A DNA stretch of 64,000 nt from the sequence record MN871453.1; one strand, given 5' to 3'. The translations under genes were made by a program, and so were the position numbers. Under the pieces are notes generated by a model that was not told the DNA's origin, ran no database searches, and worked only from the letters and a program-made list of their open reading frames with translations. Positions 28,410 through 37,564 of the stretch are shown in pieces. The first letter of the stretch is position 1; every line of letters begins with the position of its first letter.

Positions 28410-28964
28410 TTAGTATTTGAATTTAGTCCAGTCTTTATCGTTTGATTCATTGGGAATAACCGAAGTCAATACCTCCGATATCAATGCTGGCATAATTTTA
28501 AGAAGATCGGGTTCCATCGAAGACCATCTACAACAATGAATTGAAATAAGTTTTTTATACGTGGCCTCGGCCCTTATTGACGAGATTAAACCCATTTCGG
28601 TTTGAAGTTTATCAATCGCACAAATACTAAAGAACCCGAATTTGGCGCAACGGTCAAAATCTAAAATAGCTTTCCGAAAGACGGTTATTTTAAAAGGATC
28701 GTCTCCTGGATTTGGCCAATTAATCGACTTGGTGATAGGATGTAGGTTAGAAAAAGGATTGGTGACTTTATCGAATAAAGTCTGGAGCCGAAACTCTTCT
28801 GCCTCTTCAGGTTTCATGACGACAACCAATTCCTTACCCGTTATTGTTTCTTCGACAACCGCTGGTGTTTGAGATACTACGGCAGCAGGTGCATTAGTCA
28901 CAGGACTAAGGAGTTTTTTATCTGCGCCAGTGGCAATGACTATACCGAATATTTTAATAAGCAT
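28410..28964 (-). CDS. hypothetical protein
   Basis: ORF in operon. Confidence 0.6.
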   Translation of the reverse strand: MLIKIFGIVIATGADKKLLSPVTNAPAAVVSQTPAVVEETITGKELVVVMKPEEAEEFRLQTLFDKVTNPFSNLHPITKSINWPNPGDDPFKITVFRKAILDFDRCAKFGFFSICAIDKLQTEMGLISSIRAEATYKKLISIHCCRWSSMEPDLLKIMPALISEVLTSVIPNESNDKDWTKFKY

Positions 28965-29224
28965 CAGAGATCCTTTGTAGAAAACATTTTTAACCCGTGC
29001 CGATAGTGAACGCGGTTTTTCAATAGATGACCCATCTCAGCACAATTTTTCAGCCTGGTCGCAAGTAACGTTTTTCCCATCTGACGAGGAGCTGAAATCG
29101 TGAGATTACTGTCTAAACCATCAAAATAGGGTTTGGATACTTTAATGAGGAAAATATGGTTGGCGGTGACGGAACTTCTTTTCAGCTTTCCTCTCTGTAT
29201 TTTCAAACATTTTTTCAAGGCCAT
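28964..29224 (-). CDS. hypothetical protein
   Basis: AAGGAG RBS. Confidence 0.6.
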   Translation of the reverse strand: MALKKCLKIQRGKLKRSSVTANHIFLIKVSKPYFDGLDSNLTISAPRQMGKTLLATRLKNCAEMGHLLKNRVHYRHGLKMFSTKDL

Positions 29225-29233
29225 AGCGTCTCC

Positions 29234-29359
29234 TTATTCTAGTGAATCATAGAGCTTCTTACCAATAGCAAACAGTATCTTAAGTATCGCACCGGAGATG
29301 TACCAAGCACCACCGTAACAGAAGATTACGAAAATAACGATTTTCCATTCTACTGGCAT
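29234..29359 (-). CDS. 41-aa single-TM protein (absent from ORF track)
   Basis: Hand-translated MPVEWKIVIFVIFCYGGAWYISGAILKILFAIGKKLYDSLE; GGAGG RBS. Confidence 0.7.
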   Translation of the reverse strand: MPVEWKIVIFVIFCYGGAWYISGAILKILFAIGKKLYDSLE

Positions 29360-29388
29360 AGTACACCTCCGGTATTTAAGAAATAATA

Positions 29389-29418
29389 ACTGAGAGAGGG
29401 CATCACCCCTCTCTCAGT
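29389..29418 (-). terminator. hairpin terminator
   Basis: actgagagaggg/ccctctctcagt. Confidence 0.7.
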
Positions 29419-29421
29419 CGG

Positions 29422-30048
29422 TCAATATAAGTTTTCGGAATAAAGTTCGTTGTTAATAATGATAACGTTGGGACGTGTGGCGTTAATTTGTCCGGCGTGT
29501 TTCGCAATGACAAACGCGTCTTCTCGATTCCAATAACGATCCCATTGATCGATAAACCCTTGTCCGCTACCGTGCGGGAAACTGACAGATTCTTCACCTG
29601 CCTTTGCTCGGAGGCGTTTGATCTCATCGCCGAGGATATGCTGTAGAAGCGAACCGTGGCGCGAAGAAGGAATGACCAAAGGCTCTTCTTCTTTTAGCCC
29701 CAGCGCTTCTCCGAGTCTTTCGTTCGGTTTCACTGTTCCCCAGATATTTGCCGCTGAAACGATACGAACCTGAACAAAGATACCTGGTGACGGCTCGTGT
29801 ACGCAAATAGCCGGGAGGGCCGCCCTTTGTTCTTCAGTGAGTACTTCGTCATCGGCGTAGCCTTCCTCTTTACGGAAATGAGATTCGGCTAATTGACACG
29901 ACGCGAGGATATCCATGGCCAATTTGCGGGCAGAGTCGATATCAAACTCGTACTGCCCGCTCTTTAACAGAATAACCTTATCATCGCGAATGTCGTAATC
30001 GCGGATATCTACTCGACTGTAGTCACCTTCATGAATCATTTTAGCCAT
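29422..30048 (-). CDS. conserved phage hypothetical protein
   Basis: C-terminal IVSAAN...RH...QGFIDQ...Y.NRE.A..IA..AGQ...LYSENLY pattern. Confidence 0.7.
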   Translation of the reverse strand: MAKMIHEGDYSRVDIRDYDIRDDKVILLKSGQYEFDIDSARKLAMDILASCQLAESHFRKEEGYADDEVLTEEQRAALPAICVHEPSPGIFVQVRIVSAANIWGTVKPNERLGEALGLKEEEPLVIPSSRHGSLLQHILGDEIKRLRAKAGEESVSFPHGSGQGFIDQWDRYWNREDAFVIAKHAGQINATRPNVIIINNELYSENLY

Positions 30049-30331
30049 TAAGATTCTTCCTCAAGGAAAGTTTCTGACCCAGTTTGAGGGTGCGGATCGG
30101 AAGTTTGATTGACCCACACGCATTGGCGATAATGGTTCCTGTCGGTGTTCCGACGACCGCAGTGAATTCATCGGGATGTTTCTCAATCAACCCGATGCTG
30201 GCGGAGAACAGATCTTCATCGCGCGCGAGCAGATGTAAATCAGCTTCACTTACGATGTCGCCGATGTAAGGGTAATTTGGATTGCGGACATAAGCGACAG
30301 TTGGGCGCTGCTTGACTTTCTTTGCCGACAT
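30041..30331 (-). CDS. hypothetical protein
   Basis: Overlaps sspB stop. Confidence 0.65.
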   Translation of the reverse strand: MSAKKVKQRPTVAYVRNPNYPYIGDIVSEADLHLLARDEDLFSASIGLIEKHPDEFTAVVGTPTGTIIANACGSIKLPIRTLKLGQKLSLRKNLNG

Positions 30332-30759
30332 TATTCCTTCCCTCCGGAGATAACCGAAAATGGGTTTGGTTTCTTAGTTTCTTTTACCGGCTCAGCGGGT
30401 TCATCAGAACGCCCGTCAGCAGTGATGAGTTTTTGCGGGAGTTGAATCATCTGCTCCGGGTTATCGGGGTTAAACATCTGAATGACGGACCCCCACGGGA
30501 AAGTGTCTGAGGCGAGTTTACCCCCGAAACGCCCTTCGAAGAACAACCCTTCATCCAGTGAAGAAAGCTGACAGGAATGCGGAGAAATATTCAGTGTCAA
30601 TACGTGATAGCCCTGCATGTTAGGGACCGGTTTGACGTATTGACGAAGAACGGGATTCACGGTGATTTCGGTACCAAAGACCGTGATGTAAATACGGCTG
30701 CCATTATCGATAAGCCAGCTATAACCTGCATCAAACAACGCTTTATTTAAAGAAGACAT
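30331..30759 (-). CDS. sspB: SspB-like ClpXP adaptor
   Basis: A.YSWLIDNG...LTLNISP...L...LFFEGRFGG......W..V...F..DN aligns by eye to E. coli SspB. Confidence 0.8.
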   Translation of the reverse strand: MSSLNKALFDAGYSWLIDNGSRIYITVFGTEITVNPVLRQYVKPVPNMQGYHVLTLNISPHSCQLSSLDEGLFFEGRFGGKLASDTFPWGSVIQMFNPDNPEQMIQLPQKLITADGRSDEPAEPVKETKKPNPFSVISGGKE

Positions 30760-30789
30760 GTGTTACTCCCGATTGTTATTTAATTACCT

Positions 30790-31284
30790 TCACTCAGGTG
30801 ATATAGATTTTAAAAGCCGTCGAGTTTCTTCCCAAAACTCCACTAACCATTCTCCGCTTTTAGGCGTAACAACTTTAACGTCGTCTTCCCAGACACGCGC
30901 CCCTTTCTCCATTCGCCAGTTACCGAAGACGTAGTAATGGGTAAAAGGTAGGGTTGAATTGACCAACGCTTGGTATTGGTGTTTGTAAGTATTCAGTTTC
31001 GCCAGATTAGCAGCTTTGATAATCGAGAGGAAATCAGGATGATGAACCACTTCCAATTTCTTCCCAAATGCTTTCGCCTCGTTACCGTACAAGCCTCTGA
31101 GGTATTGGTGTTTAAAACCGGTTTTTGCGTAATACCAAAACCCTTCCATACTTTCAAAGTTTCCGTACTCAGGGTGAATGAAAGGTGTCTTTGGAAAGTG
31201 AGAGAGAAAGAACCCGAGACGGTTCTTGGACTTAGAGTAAATGTTGATGTGGTCAATACCATCATTGTTTGGGTTCAAAGTCAT
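30790..31284 (-). CDS. NADAR-like (YbiA/T4 gp30.3-like) protein
   Basis: HINIYSKS...LG.FLS.F...PF.....G.FESMEGFWYY.K, ALVNST.LPFTHYY. Confidence 0.55.
   Translation of the reverse strand: MTLNPNNDGIDHINIYSKSKNRLGFFLSHFPKTPFIHPEYGNFESMEGFWYYAKTGFKHQYLRGLYGNEAKAFGKKLEVVHHPDFLSIIKAANLAKLNTYKHQYQALVNSTLPFTHYYVFGNWRMEKGARVWEDDVKVVTPKSGEWLVEFWEETRRLLKSISPE
30798..30806 (-). promoter_or_regulatory. early promoter CTATATCAC-N5-TG
   Basis: Same motif, upstream of sspB (inside the 3' end of the upstream CDS). Confidence 0.75.
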
Positions 31285-31540
31285 CAGGCGCTACCTTCCT
31301 GTACGCGTAAGTTTTTCGGAGAATATGTTTTTTCATCGGGCCCCAATAATTATTTTTGATACGATAGATTAAATGAAGTTGTTTAATCGTATAGTTGAAC
31401 CGTCTTTCCGCTGTATCGAGGAATAATAACACAGGGGTCATCAATTTACGGGCTTTAACGATTTTTCTTTTATTTGTCCATATGACTTTAATCAGAACTT
31501 GATTCAACAAGTTATTCAAATCGCTGTTATCTATCGCCAT
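31262..31540 (-). CDS. hypothetical protein
   Basis: ORF in operon. Confidence 0.55.
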   Translation of the reverse strand: MAIDNSDLNNLLNQVLIKVIWTNKRKIVKARKLMTPVLLFLDTAERRFNYTIKQLHLIYRIKNNYWGPMKKHILRKTYAYRKVAPDDFEPKQ

Positions 31541-31541
31541 T

Positions 31542-31769
31542 TTAGAACCCCGGTGTAGTTATCCAAAACCAAACTTCTTCGTAGATACGAAAAAATGTCG
31601 GCCACAAGAGTAGACCTGTTACTGCTACGGATACTAAATTGATCATTTTCTTCTTTAGGGTTAATGGTCGAAATAAATCAACGATAGAGAACATTACCAT
31701 AAGAGCGAAGATTATCGCGACAAAAAGTAAAATCCACTCCCCGACAACATTGGTTGGATAAAGGTTCAT
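31542..31769 (-). CDS. small two-TM membrane protein
   Basis: Hydrophobic segments; GGAGAAG RBS. Confidence 0.65.
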   Translation of the reverse strand: MNLYPTNVVGEWILLFVAIIFALMVMFSIVDLFRPLTLKKKMINLVSVAVTGLLLWPTFFRIYEEVWFWITTPGF

Positions 31770-31779
31770 TTTCTTCTCC

Positions 31780-32184
31780 CTAGCACCAGTAAAGGATGGG
31801 TCCCAATATCACCAATGCAGTAATAATGAAGGTTAATATCCATTTATCGTGTAGAAAATTTCCTTTTGTTTTTCCCGCTGAAAAGGGTGACTTCCCATCA
31901 TTGAGTCGCCTTACGATCGTCTCTACTTCGTAATAGTAATTTTCATATCGGTCAGAAATACCCTTCTCATCGTAAAGTGAACCGTCCATTTTATATCTTA
32001 ATGGTAGGAGGTTACGTGATAGAATATAACCGTCACTGTTTTTTATCACTGCCCATTTCGGTTCAATGGAAGGACTAATACGCGGAAACAGTTTAATATC
32101 GGGACTTCGTTTTGCTTCGAGAACAAAAAACTTAGGTTCCTTACTCTCTTCTATCTTTATATCCCCGCCTATTATTTCCACCAT
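31780..32184 (-). CDS. C-terminally anchored protein (paralog of 32172-32600)
   Basis: Start reassigned to MVEIIGG; W.V...G..LS.N.LPL.Y...RLN + TM. Confidence 0.6.
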   Translation of the reverse strand: MVEIIGGDIKIEESKEPKFFVLEAKRSPDIKLFPRISPSIEPKWAVIKNSDGYILSRNLLPLRYKMDGSLYDEKGISDRYENYYYEVETIVRRLNDGKSPFSAGKTKGNFLHDKWILTFIITALVILGPILYWC

Positions 32185-32600
32185 ACCGTTATCCCCTGAT
32201 GAATGAGAAAACCGACAGAAAAAAGAAATCCTGCTAATATCATCCCCGCCGCGACTTGTAATACCGGACTTTGATTGAAAACGGCTTTTGCTTGGTTCCA
32301 TCGAGTGTTACCAAAGCCTATTTCAAAACCCGTAATAACACGATTATTTAAACGCTCTGCTTCTTTTTCTGCACCTTCTTTAAAACGATAAGCGAATAAT
32401 TCCTGACAACCTAATGCATCGGCTAGGTTTCCGTTTGGCCCTGGGTAACACAACGGAAGTTCATTAGAAGAAATGACCGCGCCGTTGATATTCACGACAA
32501 CCCAACTCCCCTTTGCGTCAGGGTGTTCAATCGCTCGAAAGAATTTTCTTTCGATGTAATAAAATTGAGGGCCCGAAGGCCCTCTTTTATTTTTTTCCAA
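32172..32600 (-). CDS. C-terminally anchored protein (paralog of 31780-32184)
   Basis: TTG start; same motif + C-terminal TM. Confidence 0.6.
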   Translation of the reverse strand: MEKNKRGPSGPQFYYIERKFFRAIEHPDAKGSWVVVNINGAVISSNELPLCYPGPNGNLADALGCQELFAYRFKEGAEKEAERLNNRVITGFEIGFGNTRWNQAKAVFNQSPVLQVAAGMILAGFLFSVGFLIHQGITVWWK

Positions 32601-32621
32601 AAGGAATGTCCTCTTTAGAAC

Positions 32622-33209
32622 TTATTTAACGCCGGAGGAACCAAAGCCGTTAGTTCCGCGTTCTGACGATGCGCTGAATGCGCTCACCTCTTTCAAGTCC
32701 AGGTGCCAGATCGGTACCACGATCAGTTGCGCGATACGGTCACCGGGGTTGATAGTGAACGGAACGTCAGAACGGTTCCAGGCGGGAATACCGATGATAT
32801 TTTGGTAGTCGCTGTCGATAATGCCTGTCAGGTTACCCAAAACAATTCCGTTCTTGTACCCTAACCCGGAGCGCGGATGGGTATTCAACATGAAGTTCGG
32901 GTTATTCAGGTGAATAGCAACACCGGAGGAAATCATCTTGCATTCTCCCGGATTCAGTACAAGAGGCTCATCGATTGCCGCTCGCAGATCAACCGCAGCA
33001 GAACCCGGGGTCGCATAGCCCAGTTTACCCCATTCGGTCTCGTAGCGCGAGTCATGGTAGATAATTTCTGCCGGGATGAACTGACGAGGATCCGGGTCCG
33101 CGATACGAAAACGCTGAACGGTATCAACGGTAGATCCCAGCTGGGAGTGGTGTACGATAGCCCCTGTTTCGGTCTTAAAATAATTCAGGATTTCTTTTGG
33201 CTCAGACAT
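32622..33209 (-). CDS. dut: trimeric dUTPase with N-terminal extension
   Basis: AVDLRA, PRSGLG, GIIDSDY, GDRIAQL, RGTNGFGSSG. Confidence 0.95.
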   Translation of the reverse strand: MSEPKEILNYFKTETGAIVHHSQLGSTVDTVQRFRIADPDPRQFIPAEIIYHDSRYETEWGKLGYATPGSAAVDLRAAIDEPLVLNPGECKMISSGVAIHLNNPNFMLNTHPRSGLGYKNGIVLGNLTGIIDSDYQNIIGIPAWNRSDVPFTINPGDRIAQLIVVPIWHLDLKEVSAFSASSERGTNGFGSSGVK

Positions 33210-33278
33210 TTTTAAACTCTCTTAGGTTGTTACGGTGATTAATCAAACAAAGTCGGTGTGCCGTTGAAAAATATAGCC

Positions 33279-33302
33279 GGGAGAGAGCCGTAGCCCTCTC
33301 CC
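33279..33302 (-). terminator. hairpin terminator (imperfect)
   Basis: gggagag.gc/gc.ctctccc after 33310 gene. Confidence 0.55.
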
Positions 33303-33309
33303 TAAACTA

Positions 33310-35379
33310 TTAAGCGGTTTCGTAATCAGTAATCTGACGACTGGTGTAAATGAACCGGTAAGGGTTAGGTTTGCTGTACTGTGCTACCGCACCGATCGGC
33401 GTATTGTAGAGATGAATCTCGCCGCTTCCATACGTTTGGAAGCTTGACTTCACGCCGTTGTCGTAACTACAGCTGTAGAAGTAAGACGCCCCTCTACCGT
33501 AAACGTTAGAACCTACCGTGTCTTTCCCGACGACATACAATGCACCTTTAATGCTGTCGGTGCTTTGGTTGCCGCTGGCGATCGTTTCGAGGTGAGCCAC
33601 GAAGGTATTCAGTCCGTACTCTTCGATAGGGTAACCGTCTACATTTCGGTAAGTCGATTTGAATCGAATCCCGGTTACACCCGGTCCCACTATTGACCCG
33701 CGTTTTTGTCCATTACCCGAACCGAAGTGATTCTCAGATACGCAACTGACTTCGAGGAACGTACCTTGCACCCCCAACGGAATTGTCTGACGGTCACTGC
33801 CGTGATAGGTACCGTAAGTCCCGCCGTTACTGAAATGGCAATCTTGAGAGAAGACCTCAGCCCCGTAGTTGTTCAGACACGCCGTTGAACAGGTTCCGGT
33901 AACCTCCACGCCCTTCAACCATAAAGACGGTTTCGCGTTGATCGCCACAGACTCAGCGCCCAAACCAATGTCGGTGTCAGAGACTTTTACATTGGAGACG
34001 TAAATCGTACTGTTCCCAGTGAAATTCAGCCCCGTGTTCTTCACGACAACTTTAACGTTACTGTCTGGCTTACGACTGTTCGACGTCTGGACAATGATCG
34101 CGGTGGACGTCACGCAGTAGCTTCCTACTGTGGCCACTACCGCAGCAGGGCCGTCTACCTCCACTAAGCGTTTAGGTAACCCGTTACTGTCTAACGTACC
34201 GTAGTCAAAGACACCGGCGATGTTTAGACCCGTTGCTAAATATTGATAGACAACATTAGAGTCGGAATAAAGCGACCAGTTAGTGATCCCCAGATCCCCT
34301 GTAAAGGTCGGTGCGGTGTCACCGGTGCCATAGATACCGATCTTACGGTCATTCACTGTACGTTGAACGAAGAACGGTTTAGAGCCCTTCACGACGATAC
34401 TGGTGGCAATGGGCGATTTATCAATTGCAGCGTTAATCGTTTTCAGGGGTTTAGCTTCACTCCCGTCATTCCCGTCTGCACCGTTATCAGAGTCAACGTA
34501 GTAGACCACCCCATACGGGAAGTACCATTCGCTCAGATCAAAATCGGTTGAGAATCGCATCAGTCCCTGTGCTAACGCGCCCTCGTAAGGGAAGACCGCA
34601 GCGAGTGGATCAAAGACCGCAGGAAGTTTAGGAACCACCGGCAAACAGTTATTTGCACTGTCGTAACTGGTCTCGTAAGAAGGTCCGGTCAGTTCCAGTA
34701 ATTGCCCAGCACGGAAACGCGACACCGTATTACCTGATTGTAGCGAACTTTGAGTCAACGACAACGATCCGTCATTCCCTAAAATAATCCCAGTATTCGC
34801 GGCAGTCGGTAAGAAACTCCCTTGTTTCCCAACCACAAAGTTTTCGCCGTTAATTCGGCTCTTCCCAGAGAGCGTAAAGGTTTTACCGTCTGACTGATAA
34901 AGTTGATACGGGGTGCGGAGCCAATCGCGAATCGTGGTTTCTTGACCGAAATAAACTTCGAGTGTCCCGATGTACATCAATGAAGTAGCAACGGTTTTCA
35001 GTGTAAAGACACCGATTGTGGTCGTCAACGCAGTGGGAATGAAGACTTCCTGTTTGATATCGGTCATGTCCAGCTGTAGGCCGTACAGCGTATTCAGACG
35101 GGTAACGATATCTTCGGTCGTGAATATTCCGGCAGTAGACATGAACACCACGGGGTCGGTCAGGACTTTATTGAGATTGACCCGGTTATAATCAAAGACT
35201 GCTGAATCACGGTAGTCACCTGCATCGGTCGCTACCGCGGTGATACGCGTGTTAAAATTCCCGGTCGTCAGGGCAGTGAGGTTGATGAAATCCAAATCGC
35301 TTTCTTTAAAAAAGGCGTCGTACTGCGTGTTCAGCTGACGAACCAGAAGCGCTTTACTTTTTAACGAGAAATCTGTCAT
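33310..35379 (-). CDS. virion protein: phiKZ-type N-terminal domain + right-handed beta-helix (putative depolymerase)
   Basis: YNRVNL...LNTLYGLQLDMTD N-domain; YYVDSDNGADGNDGSEAKPLKTINAAI. Confidence 0.7.
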   Translation of the reverse strand: MTDFSLKSKALLVRQLNTQYDAFFKESDLDFINLTALTTGNFNTRITAVATDAGDYRDSAVFDYNRVNLNKVLTDPVVFMSTAGIFTTEDIVTRLNTLYGLQLDMTDIKQEVFIPTALTTTIGVFTLKTVATSLMYIGTLEVYFGQETTIRDWLRTPYQLYQSDGKTFTLSGKSRINGENFVVGKQGSFLPTAANTGIILGNDGSLSLTQSSLQSGNTVSRFRAGQLLELTGPSYETSYDSANNCLPVVPKLPAVFDPLAAVFPYEGALAQGLMRFSTDFDLSEWYFPYGVVYYVDSDNGADGNDGSEAKPLKTINAAIDKSPIATSIVVKGSKPFFVQRTVNDRKIGIYGTGDTAPTFTGDLGITNWSLYSDSNVVYQYLATGLNIAGVFDYGTLDSNGLPKRLVEVDGPAAVVATVGSYCVTSTAIIVQTSNSRKPDSNVKVVVKNTGLNFTGNSTIYVSNVKVSDTDIGLGAESVAINAKPSLWLKGVEVTGTCSTACLNNYGAEVFSQDCHFSNGGTYGTYHGSDRQTIPLGVQGTFLEVSCVSENHFGSGNGQKRGSIVGPGVTGIRFKSTYRNVDGYPIEEYGLNTFVAHLETIASGNQSTDSIKGALYVVGKDTVGSNVYGRGASYFYSCSYDNGVKSSFQTYGSGEIHLYNTPIGAVAQYSKPNPYRFIYTSRQITDYETA

Positions 35380-35395
35380 TTTAAATTCGCCCCAG

Positions 35396-37438
35396 TTAAG
35401 CGGTATAAATGAATTGATACGGGGTCAGAAGCTGCGTGGCCGGTTTAGTGCCAATGTCGGTATCGAACAGGGCGATTTTCCCTACTCCGTTTGGAATGAA
35501 CGAGAACGCCGAGTTATCCCCTTTACAACTCCAGTACTGAGCCGATGCAGCGGTCGTCGCATTCGCACCGGTGGTAAAGTGCGCCAGATTACTCAACGTG
35601 TTCGTCACGTTATTGGACTGGCAAGCGATATTCACCGAGAACGTTCCTTCACCGGAGTCTTTGACGTGAGAACCGTCACAATGGTTGTATACGGAGTTCA
35701 GACGCAGGATTGTCCCGTACGCAGAAAGACCGGAGGCCGCAGAGGTATGGTTACTATCAAAACCGCAGTAGCTGACCGTTGCTCTATTCTCCACGATCCA
35801 ATACTTACTGTTCATCGCAGGTAATACACGGTCACTGTTGTAACTGAATCCGCCACTGAAACCAAATTGTGCAACACAGTCTTGATGTGCAACGTTATAA
35901 CCGTAGCTTCCGAAGGATGGACCCTTGAACGTCCACCCGAACCGACAGGCGTTCATGTACAGATATCCGTAGGTTCTCGGTGTGGTCATGTCCGCGATAA
36001 AGCCGTTGTAGGAGAGATCAAAATTACATTTCTCCATGAACACGTTACCCGCATCGGCGACTGACCCTGAGAGCGTTTTTGCAATCAGGTAAACATTACT
36101 GTCTGGTTTGCGGCTATCGGTTAATCGAACGTAGACCCGATTATTGGTGTTGTCGATGTAATAAGAGTGCGGGGTGTTCGCACAGTCAGCAATCGAGGTC
36201 TTAGCAGTCATTCTCCCGTACCCGGCATCACTGTATACCGTTTTGTCTACCACGGCAGCAATGTCACTGATTTTACTGTACCAAGTGTTGGCATCGTACC
36301 CTGACCAATCGGTACTTTGACGGGTGGAGGTAAAGATAGGGTTAACGTCCCCGTAACCAATAATGTCAACTGTACGTTGGCGGATAGTCTGTGTCCAGCC
36401 AGAATCGGCGTCGTAGTAAAGATCCGCGTAACCTTTTACGCGAATAACTCTGGCAGCAGGTAATCTGTTTATCGCACGACGGAAGGTTTTGAACGCGGTC
36501 GCTGCGGTCGAACCGTCATTGGTATCGGAACCGTCTTTAATATCAACGAAGACCACTGTACCTGTACCGGCACGTTTACTGGTGACGTCGAAGCCCAAAG
36601 AGTAGGTCAACGTCCCTTCATTCAAGGACGCTGTCAATCCTAACGTTTCAGGGATCACTGCAAGTTGAGACGGTAACATCGGCACTTTAGGAAGCAAGTT
36701 ACCCGTGGCGTCGTAAGACGTTTCACCGTTGACTCCTAAGGTCTCCAGTAGACGACCATTGCGGAAGCGTCCTATCAACGTGTTCTTGCTGTTTGGGTGA
36801 TAGTCGATTGCCGGGATAATATTCCCAGTAGGAGAAAGATAAAGCGCAGTTAACCCGGAACGTTGCGAAATAGTACGGCTGACGTCAACGATGTCTTTCC
36901 CAGCCAGTTTCCAGTGACCGCCTAAAAAGCTGAGGGTGTTATAGTCACTTCCCACGGTAAACTGTAGCGCATTGAAATATTGGTAAACCGCCTCTTGTTT
37001 GCCGAGATAGATAGTTACGCTACCGGTGTACACGAGGTGATTATCTGCCACGCTGACTGTGATCTTTCTGACGCCAGTGGCAATGTCATCTGGGCGATAC
37101 GGGCCGTCTACGAGATCAGTGGTAGTTAGGGCGAGTTGGTATTTCTCGTTCAGGTACGGAATTAAATCAACGATACGAGAAAGGGTATAGTCTTCCAGTT
37201 GACAGTAGGGTCGGGCCAATAGCGTTTTAAAGCTCAGGCGATTATACTGTAATGTTACACCGAGCGATTGCAGGGACGAGCCGTTAGTGACGTTAATCGT
37301 CGTATTCAAACCGTTAACAACGGTAGTGTTAACAGCGGGTGTACCTAACGAGATTGACGAAGTCGTGTACATTGTCCCGTTTGCTTCGTTAATCAGGTCA
37401 ACGGCAATCTGTTTTGGGGTCTGTTTTAAATCAACCAT
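35396..37438 (-). CDS. virion protein, paralog of 33310-35379
   Basis: Start MVDLKQTP; YNRLSF...LNEKYQLALTTTD; VFVDIKDGSDTNDGSTAATAFKTFRRAI. Confidence 0.7.
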   Translation of the reverse strand: MVDLKQTPKQIAVDLINEANGTMYTTSSISLGTPAVNTTVVNGLNTTINVTNGSSLQSLGVTLQYNRLSFKTLLARPYCQLEDYTLSRIVDLIPYLNEKYQLALTTTDLVDGPYRPDDIATGVRKITVSVADNHLVYTGSVTIYLGKQEAVYQYFNALQFTVGSDYNTLSFLGGHWKLAGKDIVDVSRTISQRSGLTALYLSPTGNIIPAIDYHPNSKNTLIGRFRNGRLLETLGVNGETSYDATGNLLPKVPMLPSQLAVIPETLGLTASLNEGTLTYSLGFDVTSKRAGTGTVVFVDIKDGSDTNDGSTAATAFKTFRRAINRLPAARVIRVKGYADLYYDADSGWTQTIRQRTVDIIGYGDVNPIFTSTRQSTDWSGYDANTWYSKISDIAAVVDKTVYSDAGYGRMTAKTSIADCANTPHSYYIDNTNNRVYVRLTDSRKPDSNVYLIAKTLSGSVADAGNVFMEKCNFDLSYNGFIADMTTPRTYGYLYMNACRFGWTFKGPSFGSYGYNVAHQDCVAQFGFSGGFSYNSDRVLPAMNSKYWIVENRATVSYCGFDSNHTSAASGLSAYGTILRLNSVYNHCDGSHVKDSGEGTFSVNIACQSNNVTNTLSNLAHFTTGANATTAASAQYWSCKGDNSAFSFIPNGVGKIALFDTDIGTKPATQLLTPYQFIYTA

Positions 37439-37479
37439 TTTCAATTCATCCCTCATTATACGGGGCGGTTAAAGTACGA

Positions 37480-37490
37480 GTCATAGAAAG
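37480..37490 (-). promoter_or_regulatory. late promoter (CTTTCTATGAC)
   Basis: TATG core upstream of virion gene. Confidence 0.65.
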
Positions 37491-37528
37491 GTTTTGGGAC
37501 AAAAAAGAAAAGCGCGAGAAGGAGACAA

Positions 37529-37560
37529 CAGGAGAAGAGAGCGTCTGCTCTCTTCTCCTG
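37529..37560 (-). terminator. hairpin terminator
   Basis: 14-bp stem caggagaagagagc/gctctcttctcctg. Confidence 0.7.
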
Positions 37561-37564
37561 GGAA

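Noticed and set aside
28964-29224. Terminase fragment (SAPRQMGKT)
   Set aside because: Only 86 aa, with no Walker B or nuclease domain; the motif alone is insufficient
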